Assembly: GCF_036971445.1 (NCBI RefSeq)
Contig: NC_091477.1
Coordinates: forward strand, 120,466,001 to 120,530,000
Direction: 5' to 3'
DNA: 64,000 bases
Source of the DNA: Narcine bancroftii
Lineage: Eukaryota
In this document: positions 38,701 through 49,847 of the stretch, one piece after another
Layout: the number at the start of each line of letters is the position of its first letter
Position numbering within the stretch: the stretch's first letter is position 1
Made by a program: the position numbers and the translations under genes
The notes under the pieces: model-generated
What the model was told of the DNA's origin: nothing
Databases searched by the model: none
Seen by the model: only the letters and a program-made list of their open reading frames with translations

Positions 38701-41700
38701 TAACACGACAGAATGTTGGTTCCAACCACTGTCAACAAACAGACTTAGCTAATTACAGAGCGACTGGAAAATAACTAATTGCGATCTTTATTATCGAAGC
38801 ACCATCTGATCTCTTTATCCACTGAATTGTCATCAGAGAATGCGCGGACTTCCGAGGACGGCTGTGTATTACTGAGAATGGGGGAACTATTGCACGGCTC
38901 TCCAGAGGCCATGAGGTGTCCAGTGAACGGCTGTTTGTTCTTGGACGGATTGTATTTGGTGGCTTGAGCTGAGAAGTAGTGAAATACTAATAATCAATGT
39001 AANNNNNNNNNNNNNNNNNNNNNNNNNNNNNNNNNNNNNNNNNNNNNNNNNNNNNNNNNNNNNNNNNNNNNNNNNNNNNNNNNNNNNNNNNNNNNNNNNN
39101 NNNNNNNNNNNNNNNNNNNNNNNNNNNNNNNNNNNNNNNNNNNNNNNNNNNNNNNNNNNNNNNNNNNNNNNNNNNNNNNNNNNNNNNNNNNNNNNNNNNN
39201 NNNNNNNNNNNNNNNNNNNNNNNNNNNNNNNNNNNNNNNNNNNNNNNNNNNNNNNNNNNNNNNNNNNNNNNNNNNNNNNNNNNNNNNNNNNNNNNNNNNN
39301 NNNNNNNNNNNNNNNNNNNNNNNNNNNNNNNNNNNNNNNNNNNNNNNNNNNNNNNNNNNNNNNNNNNNNNNNNNNNNNNNNNNNNNNNNNNNNNNNNNNN
39401 NNNNNNNNNNNNNNNNNNNNNNNNNNNNNNNNNNNNNGTATTCTTCCATAAACTGAAACATGAAGCTGAAACTGGGAAAATAATTGCGTTAAGTCGAGGT
39501 GCCGACAGCTGGATATTACTGATCGTCAGTGCTTCTTGCATTATGATATCCGCGGGTGAGCATCCTTTACTGAGCGAACGAAGATTTGGTTTGTTCATTG
39601 TTATCCTTTTTGACCAAAAAGAAAATTATTCATTTTTAATATTTTAATGCGATACCTGATTGGATTACTGATTTGAAACCATTTATCGCCCTTTCACATT
39701 TGTTTCACAGTTTTAATTTTGCGAGCTTTCGATTAGCTCAGACCATGATTTTTGCCATTGAAGAAATAAATAAGAATGAAAATCTGCTCCCCGGGATCAC
39801 ACTCGGATACAAGATCCACGATGAATGCTCATCCTCCGCGATTGCCTCCAAAGCAGCGCTCACCTTGATCAATGGAGAAGAAGAATTGTTTGAATACCCA
39901 GAATGTAGAGGCTCCTCCAAAGTCGCTGCCATCGTTGGTTGTGATAAATCTACAAATTCCATCGTAACCGCACGGACAATCGGATCCTTTGGAATCCCGC
40001 TGGTAATAGGTCAAATATTGGACAGCATTTTATTACCTCGATATTAGACCACTTTTAGTATCCTTCTTAGCACGGATACAACTTACGCTTCCAAGTCAGG
40101 GCCTAGTTAGTTGAAATTGGAGATGTGCCTTAATTTGATGTGATCGTGAAATTAAGAGACGTTGGAGTATGCGACGCTGAAAGTATTGAAACCAGTAGAA
40201 ATATTGAAGTAATTTTTTCGGCCGCTTGCATTCATCAGTTATGAATTCGTGTGTACGGTCAAGATAATACAGGAGAATACAGATAGTGAAAGGTGACAAT
40301 GGTGTTATAAAGAGATACCAGATAGGACCAGAAGTAGGTGCCAATTGGAGGGGGAAGGGGAAGGAAGAATCAAGTGTGGAGATGAGGAAGGAAGAATAAG
40401 TCGGATGGAATGGGCTCGGGACTGGGTGGCAGGTGGGTGTAAAAAGGGACCGAAAGAGAGAAGGGGAGAAGGAAGTGGAAGCTTGGAAGTGGTAATGAAG
40501 AAGAGAGAGACGACTCAAACTGAAATTAGGAACATATAAGTTATACTATTGGAATGTAGCTTCACAGGAAGAATATAAGAAATCGCTTCTCCAGTTTTCA
40601 GTCTGGCAGTGGAGAAGGCCCAGGACAGATATTTCGGTGAGGCAATGGGAAAGAGAATTGAAATGGGGTGCAACGGGATTTCAGATTGGTCATTGTGGAC
40701 ATGCTCTGCGAATTGGTGCTTTTGAAATTGAACAGACCATACCGAATGCAGCAGATGAATCTTTTACTCACGGAGAAAGAATGTTTTAGTCCCTGAATGG
40801 TGCGAAGAAGCAAGTGTGCACTTCCTGACGTTTCAGGGGATCACGAATAGGTGGATGAGGAGGGATGAACTGAGAAAGGAGTCATCGAGAAAGTGATCTT
40901 TACTGAAAGCTGAAAGGGGTGGCAAGGTGTAGATGTGACTGGTGGTGGTGTCCATTTGCAACTAACGGAAGTGACAGAACTTGTTGATCTGACTGCGGGA
41001 GCTAGTGGGGTGAGTGGTGAGAACTAGATGAACTCTAGCCCGTTCGGAGGTCAAAGCGCGGTGGAAAATGTTAGCTCTGCCGCTGTTACTTTCGTTATAC
41101 TAAGTAATTAATACGAATTCACTAATGTTTCTAATAATTTCGATTACATGGAATGATACTCAGAATCACAAGATGCACGGATGTCAATTGATTAAGCAGG
41201 AAATACACGCTGTTTATCAGCCACTACCACGGCCAGCAGGAGTAGGTATTGATATATTTCTCCCTTTCTCTACAGGTTAGCTATTTCTCAACCTGTTCCT
41301 GCCTTAGCGATAAGCAGGAATACCCTACGTTTTTTCGAACTATACCCAGCGACGCGTACCAGTCTAGAATTCTCGCGGAAATAGTGAAGACGTTCGGCTG
41401 GACTTGGATTGGAACCGTTAGAAGTAACAACGATTATGGTAAATTTGGAATGCAAGGATTTGTGGAACACGTGGAAAAGTTTGGAGTCTGTATCGCCTAC
41501 TCGGAGTCATTTCACAGGACCGACCCAGCGGAGAAAATCAGCCACGTTGTCCGGGTGATTAAACAGGCGTCCACGAAAGTGGTGGTGGCTTTTGCCCATG
41601 GGGGTGATATGCGAATTTTGTTAGACGAAATCTGGCGTCAAAATGTAACCGGTATACAGTGGATTGGAAGTGAAGGGTGGGTGACAAGAAATCTTCTCCC

Positions 41701-44700
41701 TCCTGAAGAAACAGCAACGTATATCGCTGGGACAATCGGGCCAGCAACTTACAGGACAGAGATCGCTGATCTCAGAGAGTTCCTTCACAACGTGCATCCT
41801 TACAACTTTCCTGCCAGTGCCTTGGTGACAGAGTTTTGGGAAAATTTGTTCACGTGTTCTTTTACCAGAGATAACATGACAAGCTCTCTAAATTCTCGAG
41901 TTCCATTTCGGCAGTGCACAGGGAAGGAACAAATGGAAGGGATAGAAAACTCCTACCTTCCAGCGATAATGGACGGAAGTTCTTACCATGTGTATAAAGC
42001 GGTCTACGCTATCGCTCATGCGCTCCACGACCTGTTAACCTGTGAAGAAGGCAACGGGCCCTTTGAGAATAACACATGTGCACAGATTTTAAAGTTTGAG
42101 CCGTGGCAGGTAGGAACACCAGGCACTCTACTTTTAACATAGATGCCGCATCGACATGATGTTTGAAACTCTTTTGTTCTATTCGTATATGCCAGTATTT
42201 ATTCCCTGCCAACAATTCTCTATATGGGGATCAATATGCTATTTTAAGAGAATGGTTTCAAAAAGAGAACATGTCAGTCTATAAACAGAGAGAAATGAGG
42301 CATAGAATTTGGAGAGATAAAGTCCCCTCCAATTACAGCATGGCTCATGTTCATATTATCGTCTTGAGGCTTGGGTTAAAGGATAAATGTTGTTTCGGAA
42401 AATGTAGAACATTCCTATTTCCCCTAGAAGAGCTTCATTTCTCTTTGTGAACTGGTCGACCATCTTAGCAGACTGTAACCAGACTGGTTAATAGTGGTAT
42501 TTGGCGGCACTGGTTCGTGGGCCGGAAGGGCCTGTGACCGTACTGAATGTCCAAATTTATATTTTTAAAGGATAAGTTCATATTTCATTGACACTAATAT
42601 TTTAAAGGCTGAGGTATACAGTGAATTTCAACGTCTGTATCTCCGTGAACCGAATCTATGGCAGTGTATTACTCTAAACTGCCCTTTCTTCATTCTCCCC
42701 AAGCTGCTCTGTTACCTACACACTGTCAACTTCACAACTAAGATGGGTGAAAACGTACATTTTGATGCAAATGGTGATCCAGTGCCAAGGTACGAATTGG
42801 TGAACGTGCAATCAAATTCGGAGGGAACAGTTGACATTGCAAATATTGGTTATTATGATGGTTCAGCTCCATTTGGGCGCAGACTGGTGATGAATGTTGA
42901 GGATATCGTGTGGAGCACCAGTACAAATGAGGTATGCCCCCTTTACCATTGATTTCCATTGGTGAATTGGGAAATAGTTACATGGCTTTTTTGTAAATGA
43001 GTGAAATTATAGATGCAGACACTTAGGCTGGACAATGAAGAGTTTGCTTCCTGAACACTGTGGGATATCATTTATGCATTCTGGGTTGCTGATCAGGAAA
43101 ATAGCCTTAAAAACTTCCGACATGTACCGCATTTTAGATATAACCTATCTTATTGATTTTCTGCCATATTTCAAATCTACTTCAAGCATTAAAAAAACCA
43201 TGAAATGCAAAATGTTTTTTAAAATTCATTTTCTGCATTCGAACTTGGACTCCTTCACTTCACTAATCTTGCTGCAGTCGGTGACGAACATTGAGAAAGG
43301 TTTACCAGGACATTGCGACTAGGTATCAGAGCAACTGGAACCCATTAATTCTGGCCGACTACTGTTAGACACTGACACAAGTGACATCAGATGCTGGGTA
43401 GAAACGAAAAGCAGCAGCAACATATTTTTAGGTCAGTTGAAACATGCTGATTTCAAGAAAAGGTAATATAATGTTTCTCCAACTTCCTACGTGATACAGC
43501 AATTCTGAAATTATCTTCGTGTTTAGTTTGAAGATGTCTATCACAATCCCCAGAAAACAAATCATTTGGAAAACTATGTAATTCAGTGTTCATAATTGCT
43601 GGATGAGCCAGATTGACACAAGTTTATATCTTAATGAAGACCACAAAGCCGAAACGATGGTTCTGTGTCATTATCTTGCTCTACCAAATATACTGTTTGA
43701 TAGCTGAGTTCCTCCAGGATTGTATTTTTTACTTTACAGTAGTTAAATTCGCTGTCGTTATTGTGGGGTTGTGTTTCTTGAAGTTTAGAAGAAGGATCAA
43801 TTTTGTCTATTATATGGACGGGTAGCTGAACATTTGGGGAGAGACGTGTGAATTTGGGGAAAACAATGAGCATTGGAAGAATGGGTGATCATGGTCGACT
43901 CATAATGGCCTGTGTTCAGCTGTATGACCTTGGGTGCTGTTTTATGAGCGGAACAGTTGGTCACGAAAATGCACAGCTTTAACTTAAGCGGGAAGTAAGA
44001 ACAACAACGGGGGTAATAAACTGACCTGCGGATTTATTTCGTGAGAAATCGACGGCCAGCATGTGTGAAAACCCTTTTAAGGAATGTATTAAAAAGAAGT
44101 ATTCGTAGAGGCTGGGAACAAAGCTGTGGACTGAGATGAATCTCGAGACAACTTTTCGGATTATGACCTTATAATGTGGATATTATAAGTATATTTTCTT
44201 TGCTTTAGATTCCAAGAGCTATTTGCTCAGAAACTTGCCTCCCTGGAACAAGGAAAGTGAGTCGAATAGGGCAACCAATATGTTGCCATGACTGTGCGGA
44301 ATGCGCAGATGGTGAAATTAGTAACATTACAGGTGAGTGCAGTGATGTGGGGCAATTGGACTGATACCCTGCTGTGCAAACCGCTGATTCTATGTCTTAC
44401 CACTTAGCAATGTGATCTGAATTCTCCATTTATGAGACCATGAACATGTTTTTTGTAAAAATCATCGGAATTGTTACTTTTCAGATTCCACAGATTGCAT
44501 GAAGTGTCCCTCGGAATACTGGTCAAATCAACAGAAAACCCGATGTGTTCGCAAGAAGGTGGAGTTCCTTTCCTTTGGAGAAGTTCTGGGGTTTGTGTTG
44601 GTGACGCTCGCTCTAGTGGGAGTCTGCTTCACCTTGGCCACCGCTGCTATTTTCTACCGTTACCGGGAAACTCCCATGGTGAAAGCGAACAACTCCGAGC

Positions 44701-45380
44701 TCAGCTTCCTCCTTCTCTTCGCTCTCATGCTTTGCTTCATTTGCTCGCTCAGCTTCATTGGGGAACCCTCCGACTGGTCTTGCAGGTTGCGTCGCACTGT
44801 TTTCGGAGTTGTTTTCGTTCTCTGCATTTCCTGCATTTTGGGCAAAACCATTCTAGTTGTGGTGGCCTTTAAAGCAACTCTTCCCAACAGGAGCGTGATG
44901 AACTGGTTTGGACCCACTCAGCAACGGCTGGGCGTGTGTATCCTGACATTTCTGCAGGCTTTAGTTTGCGTTGTCTGGCTAAGTGTGTCACCTCCCCATC
45001 CCCTGAAAAACATGAGCTATTATCGAGACATCATTATTCTGGAATGCGACGTGGGGTCATTAACGGCCTTTTACTTGGTGTCGGCCTATATTGCTCTTTT
45101 GTCCATTGTGTGTTTAGTTCTCGCTTTCCTTGCCCGGAAACTTCCGGACAACTTCAACGACGCCAAGTACATCACCTTCAGCATGTTGATCTTCTGCGCG
45201 GTTTGGATCACGTTCATTCCAGCTTATGTGAGCTCTCCGGGAAAGTACACGGTGGCCGTGGAAGTGTTTTCCATTTGGGCGTCAAGTTTTGGTTTGTTGG
45301 TCTGCATTTTTGCACCAAAATGTTACATTATCTTATTAAAACCGCAGAACAACACAAAGAAACACATGATGGGTAAATGA
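35557..45380 (+). CDS. Intact V2R/OlfC (vomeronasal type-2 / extracellular calcium-sensing receptor-like) class C GPCR, gene C, 858 aa; join(35557-35759,39711-40002,41276-42109,42704-42931,44209-44332,44485-45380)
   Basis: All introns GT-AG with compatible phases (2,0,0,0,1); 2577 nt open. Exon sizes 292/228/124 are typical of V2Rs. Signal peptide, Venus flytrap, Cys-rich and 7TM domains present. Confidence 0.93.
37149..38136 (+). mobile_element. RTE young copy (+, 37178-38096) inserted into a ~40-bp antisense RTE tail, in intron 1 of gene C
   Basis: 285-aa open frame; 29-bp direct repeat at 37149-37177 and 38097-38125. Confidence 0.95.
39711..40002 (+). CDS. V2R gene C exon 2
   Basis: [34 protein letters not shown]; 292 bp, AG/GT bounded. 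Confidence 0.95.
40280..41060 (-). mobile_element. Penelope-like fragment in intron 2 of gene C
   Basis: Reverse-complement similarity to the 7640-8240 element; CIR(Y)GL..FTC-type GIY-YIG remnants. Confidence 0.6.
41276..42109 (+). CDS. V2R gene C exon 3 (Venus flytrap core)
   Basis: [59 protein letters not shown]; 834 bp. Confidence 0.96.
42704..42931 (+). CDS. V2R gene C exon 4
   Basis: [34 protein letters not shown]; 228 bp. Confidence 0.95.
44209..44332 (+). CDS. V2R gene C exon 5 (cysteine-rich domain)
   Basis: [35 protein letters not shown]; 124 bp. Confidence 0.95.
44485..45380 (+). CDS. V2R gene C exon 6 (7TM domain)
   Basis: [52 protein letters not shown]; stop TGA. Confidence 0.96.
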
Positions 45381-45473
45381 ACTTCATTGTAAGTCTGTTA
45401 GCATCGTTTTCGCTTCAGTACATGTTATACTTGCTTATTAAACAAGCTCTTATATTTTTGCCCCCACTGCTCC

Positions 45474-45479
45474 AATAAA
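45474..45479 (+). terminator. Candidate polyadenylation signal of gene C
   Basis: AATAAA 94 bp after the stop codon. Confidence 0.5.
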
Positions 45480-46559
45480 GCCGTTTCGGTGAACTGGAGG
45501 CCGCGATGAATGGTTGCGCTCCAAAACGTCGACAATTGATTTTCTCCTGCTGATGCTGTTTGACTAGTTGACTTCCTCCCGTTTTCAGATTATGTGCGGA
45601 AAAGGGTCCCTGTCCTTGCTGAATAACTGCGTTAATCTTGACTCTTTTCCGTCTTTTGCTTCAGTTCTAAAATCTTTGCCAATTCCCGAAGTTCCTTACA
45701 TTTACGATTTTGTTTACGATGTGTTTTGAACCTTTCATTGCACTTTTCACCGGGGTTGGGTGGTGATGGAATTATTCACATTTGCTGACTTGTGTGTTCT
45801 CTCTCAATTATTTTGCCGTGGATTCGCGGAGAAGGTCCTTTCTCTTAAATTAACAAACCAGTAATGAAAGTTTTGCAGATTTGAAGGAAATATTATGTTC
45901 ACTGAGCCCGATCAGGTTCCTTCAAAAAGAAGAAACTTTGGAATCAGTATAACACACCACTTAATGATCGTGAATCAGTGGAAGTTCTCCCATGCCCAAC
46001 AATATAACAAAGGCTGGTCAGTCATTATCCTAAGATCTCTAGCTATTTAGCCATCTGTCAATTGGTCTCTATTCACGCCGTCCATCCCCTTCATTATAAC
46101 AATACTCTCGACTGATCCCCAACCACCCAAGGAGGGCAGTTACCACTGTGTCACAAGCAGTCAGCTATTGAATAGTATTGGTTCCTATATTCTGCACCAC
46201 TTCTTAAGGCTTTAACTTTGGTCAAACTATGGTGTCCAGAATTGGACACAATTATGCAATACACTAGTGACCTTGCATTGACTGACATTCACTATACCTG
46301 GAGTCCATGTTCATTTAAATTATAACATCAGGTTGCATGAACATGAGTTACATTTGATCAGATAGTTTGGTAAACCGATTAAAGAACTCAAAATATTTAG
46401 TTTCAGCGAGCCATGTTGGATAAATGTGCATGTCCTTTAAGTTAAACTTTGCTCATTATTGAGGGAGGTCTCAGTTGGAATTTTTTTTTTAATTGGGATT
46501 TCTCCGATGGGGCAGTTCTGGCAACAGGAACAGCCAACAGAGCCGACAATGCATTTTCT

Positions 46560-48690
46560 TTTTAATTTTTTAAAATTTAATTGTTTGCATCGTTACAGGA
46601 AAAAAAAAGAATAAAACATTAATCAAATATCCATAGCCAATGACACACAAAAAAGTACTTTTCTATCCCCATCCCCCCTCCTTTTCAAAAGTAAAAGAAA
46701 GAAACACCTACCATTTAATATACAACAATATTAGCACAGACAATCATTAATTGTTATTAAAATTACTAATTAAAAGGAGTGGATAAGATGGATGGAAAAT
46801 TATCCATAAAATCCATATATGTTTTCCAAATACTATAAAATTTTTCAAGTCGATTCCTTAAACTATACGTAATATTTTCCAAAGGTATATAATTATGCAT
46901 CTCATTATTCTCTTTCTCTTTGGATTGGCTTCGCGGATGAAGATTTATGGAGGGGTAATTATACCATCTAATTAATAACATTTCTCTAACTTTTTTCCAT
47001 GATATTTTAATGGATTAGTAATTTGGGAGAATTTGGTAATATCTGGGGAGAATTTGGTAAGATTTAGAGTAGGTTACACACATTTTAAAACAGATCTTAT
47101 TTGAAATACTGAAGATCTCTGGAGAATGTAAGCACATTCCACAAGTAGGTGTTAATTGAACTGATGAAATACATTGAATGACCATTGTTTGGAACTGGAG
47201 GTTGACTACAAGTACCTTTCTGCAGGGTGCTTACAGGAAGATCACACCTGGGTTTTGTTTATTTCAGACAACAATTTGAGCAGAAAGATTGTTGTTTGCT
47301 GAAGGAGGTGGGGGTTTTGCAAGTGAGAGAGTCACATGGGCTTGCTGGAAGTTTCAGTTGGAGCGAGAGAGAGGGAGAGGGAGAGAAGAGAAGCCCACTC
47401 AGCTAGTGTGTGTGTGTGTGTGACACTGAACAGCAGCTGAACAGTGCAAGCCAGGAAGAGCTGGTTGAAACTGATTAAAAGTTCCAGAGCAGCAGATGGA
47501 AGTGCTATCTGTCTGATGTTTCTCTTGGAATAAGTGGAACAGAAAGGAACTCTGTCATAACCTGAAAGAAGGAGGTTATCATCTGGAAAACCCTGATGGG
47601 GCAAGTTTAATCAGCGAGACATTGAGGTGACTAATGGCGGTACCTCAGTTATGGAAATCCTGGAACAACAAATCTCTCTCTGCAAACCCTACAAGAACCT
47701 TACTGAGCAGTAAACATTTACCTTTCAAGCACCAAAGCCTGGTGAACTTGATAGATGTTAAATTCTGTGCACAGTATAAGAATTGCCTGCAACCAGAGAA
47801 CTTGGAAGAAGAAGTGAGATTGAACTGTGAACCATAGAACTTTTCTTAAATTTACACACATATTACATACACGTGCACTTAGAATTAGAAGGGAGTTAAG
47901 TTAAAGTTTGATTTGATTTTCATGTTTAAAGTTGAATAAAAATAACTTTTGTTTTAAAAACCACTTGTCTTGTGAATTAATGTCTATTGCTGCTGGGTTT
48001 TGGGGTCATTTGGGCTCGTAACAATATCACCATACATTTCTTTGCAGATGCTATTGCAACTGTATGTTGGATAAAAGGGTTTTTTTGTAATTGTCTAACA
48101 TCAATTTTATATCCTTTTCATAAATATCTCCAAGTAAAAATATTCTTGGATACTTTGGTATCTTTATCTTCATAATTTTCCCTAATAATAAACTTAGTTC
48201 ATTCCAAAACCTTTCCACATTTTCGCAAGACCACACTGAATGCAAAGAAAGTCGCTATTTCTTTTGCTCATCGAAAACACTTATTTGAATAATTAGGTTT
48301 AAGTCCATTTAACTTATGTGGAGTATAACGCAAGTGACGAAGAAAATTATATTGAACCATTTGATAACTGACATTTACTGTATTCGAAACACTTTCTTTA
48401 CATAATTCTGACGAAATCTCCTCCTGAATTTGTATATTTAAATCTTTCTCCCATCGGATTTTTGATTCATATGAATCTTTTTCCTTTACAGTCGCTTTTA
48501 ATTTTATATACATATTAGTAATAAGTTTCTTAACAACAAATGTATCTTATATCTTCAAATTGACTTTGTTTAGGGAGCCTCAAATCTGCTCCGACTCTCT
48601 TTTTCAGATACATTTTAATTGATAATATGCAAAAATTATATTATTATGTATATTGTATTTATCTTTTCATTGATCAAAAGTTAAGAAGTG
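46560..48690 (-). mobile_element. L1-clade LINE 3' fragment, interrupted by a solo LTR and a tiny RTE tail (~46909-46957)
   Basis: RWEKDLNIQI..QYNFL..TP.KL..KCFR..HSVWSCENVERFW (L1 ORF2 Cys-rich end); T-rich tail at left. Confidence 0.8.
47006..48023 (+). mobile_element. Solo LTR (~1.0 kb, Gypsy-like) with 4-bp TSD ATAT
   Basis: Ends ..gggctcgtaaCA; AATAAA near 47935; ATAT at 47002-47005 and 48024-48027; removing it rejoins the L1 sequence. The 5' terminus reads TT rather than TG. Confidence 0.75.
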
Positions 48691-49847
48691 GGTCACCAGC
48701 AAAAACGGAAATTTTTCTCTTCGGCAGAGAAGAGAGCGACTGTAACTGCATTAATGATGCAGTAATTTCATCTTTCCTTGTCATGCCTGGGCGAACGTTA
48801 TTTTGTTCACCCGGATTTCTGTTATCTGATCATAGCAGCCTCTATTCTGTACAAGATGGTATTTGGTTCACATCTCTGTCCACTGGAGTCATTATTGGAG
48901 TTTGAGATTTGGCACCACTATGCCTTCGTCTGATTAGTTCGGAACCATGCGAGTCTCGTAACTGTAACACTGGCTCTTCTTTGGTATTCAATATTTCCTT
49001 TTTTTTGTTGTTCTTCCTCAAAACGTGAATCCAAAATGATAATTTTCTTCGATCTGAGCCGCCTGGAGCCCTCAACCTTGCCTGATTAACATAAATTTTG
49101 TTCAGTTCCTCCTTAGTGGTTTCCTTGAGCTGGTCCCGTTTCAGCTCATCTTCTCTTCGGTAAAATGGAGAAAATTGGGGCGATGGTTCGACTGGCCCCC
49201 GAGCAGTGTCGTGTTTACGGAAAATGGGTGAGCATTTCAGATGTCCGGGAATGGAAGGACTAGTCTTGAAAGCAGATGGGACAGAGGCAGAGAAGCCTGG
49301 TGAAGAGGATGGCACGCTTAGAGGAGATAGAGTGGGATGAGGTTCGTCCAGGCGGCCTGTGAGAGTCAGTGGGTTGAGAAGAAATGTAAAAGTATCGTTT
49401 CTCTCCTGGCATGTAGACAAGTGGAATCAGGGCAACTGAAAGCCATCAACGCTGGCCGACTATGATTGGACACTGACACAAGATACATCAAGTAGGGAGG
49501 ACAAACAAAAATCATGGCAAAACAATTTTAAGTCAGTTGAACTAACACAACGTGTCACCATCGAAGTGCGACTAAATATACTAAATTCAATAAAAGTTTC
49601 TCCAACTTCCTACGTGATACGGAAATCTGAAATTATCTTTGCCTTCAGCTCGAAGTTCTCTTTCATGATCCCCATTTTTTACAGGAATCTAAAATTTTGA
49701 AAAGAAATGTTGTCCAGTATTATTTTTCTCCCACTGATGCTGGTCGACGGGCTGAGTTTCTCCAGCAGATTGGGTTTTCGCTTCAGATTCAAGCGTCTTC
49801 AGTCTCATTTGTCCCTCTTGTTTACACATTTTCCTCTTCCTCTCCAG

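Noticed and set aside
38987-39598. ORFs spanning 39003-39437
   Set aside because: N-gap artefacts
48842-49420. 192-aa ORF next to the L1 fragment
   Set aside because: No recognisable domain or splice structure; probably retroelement 5' debris
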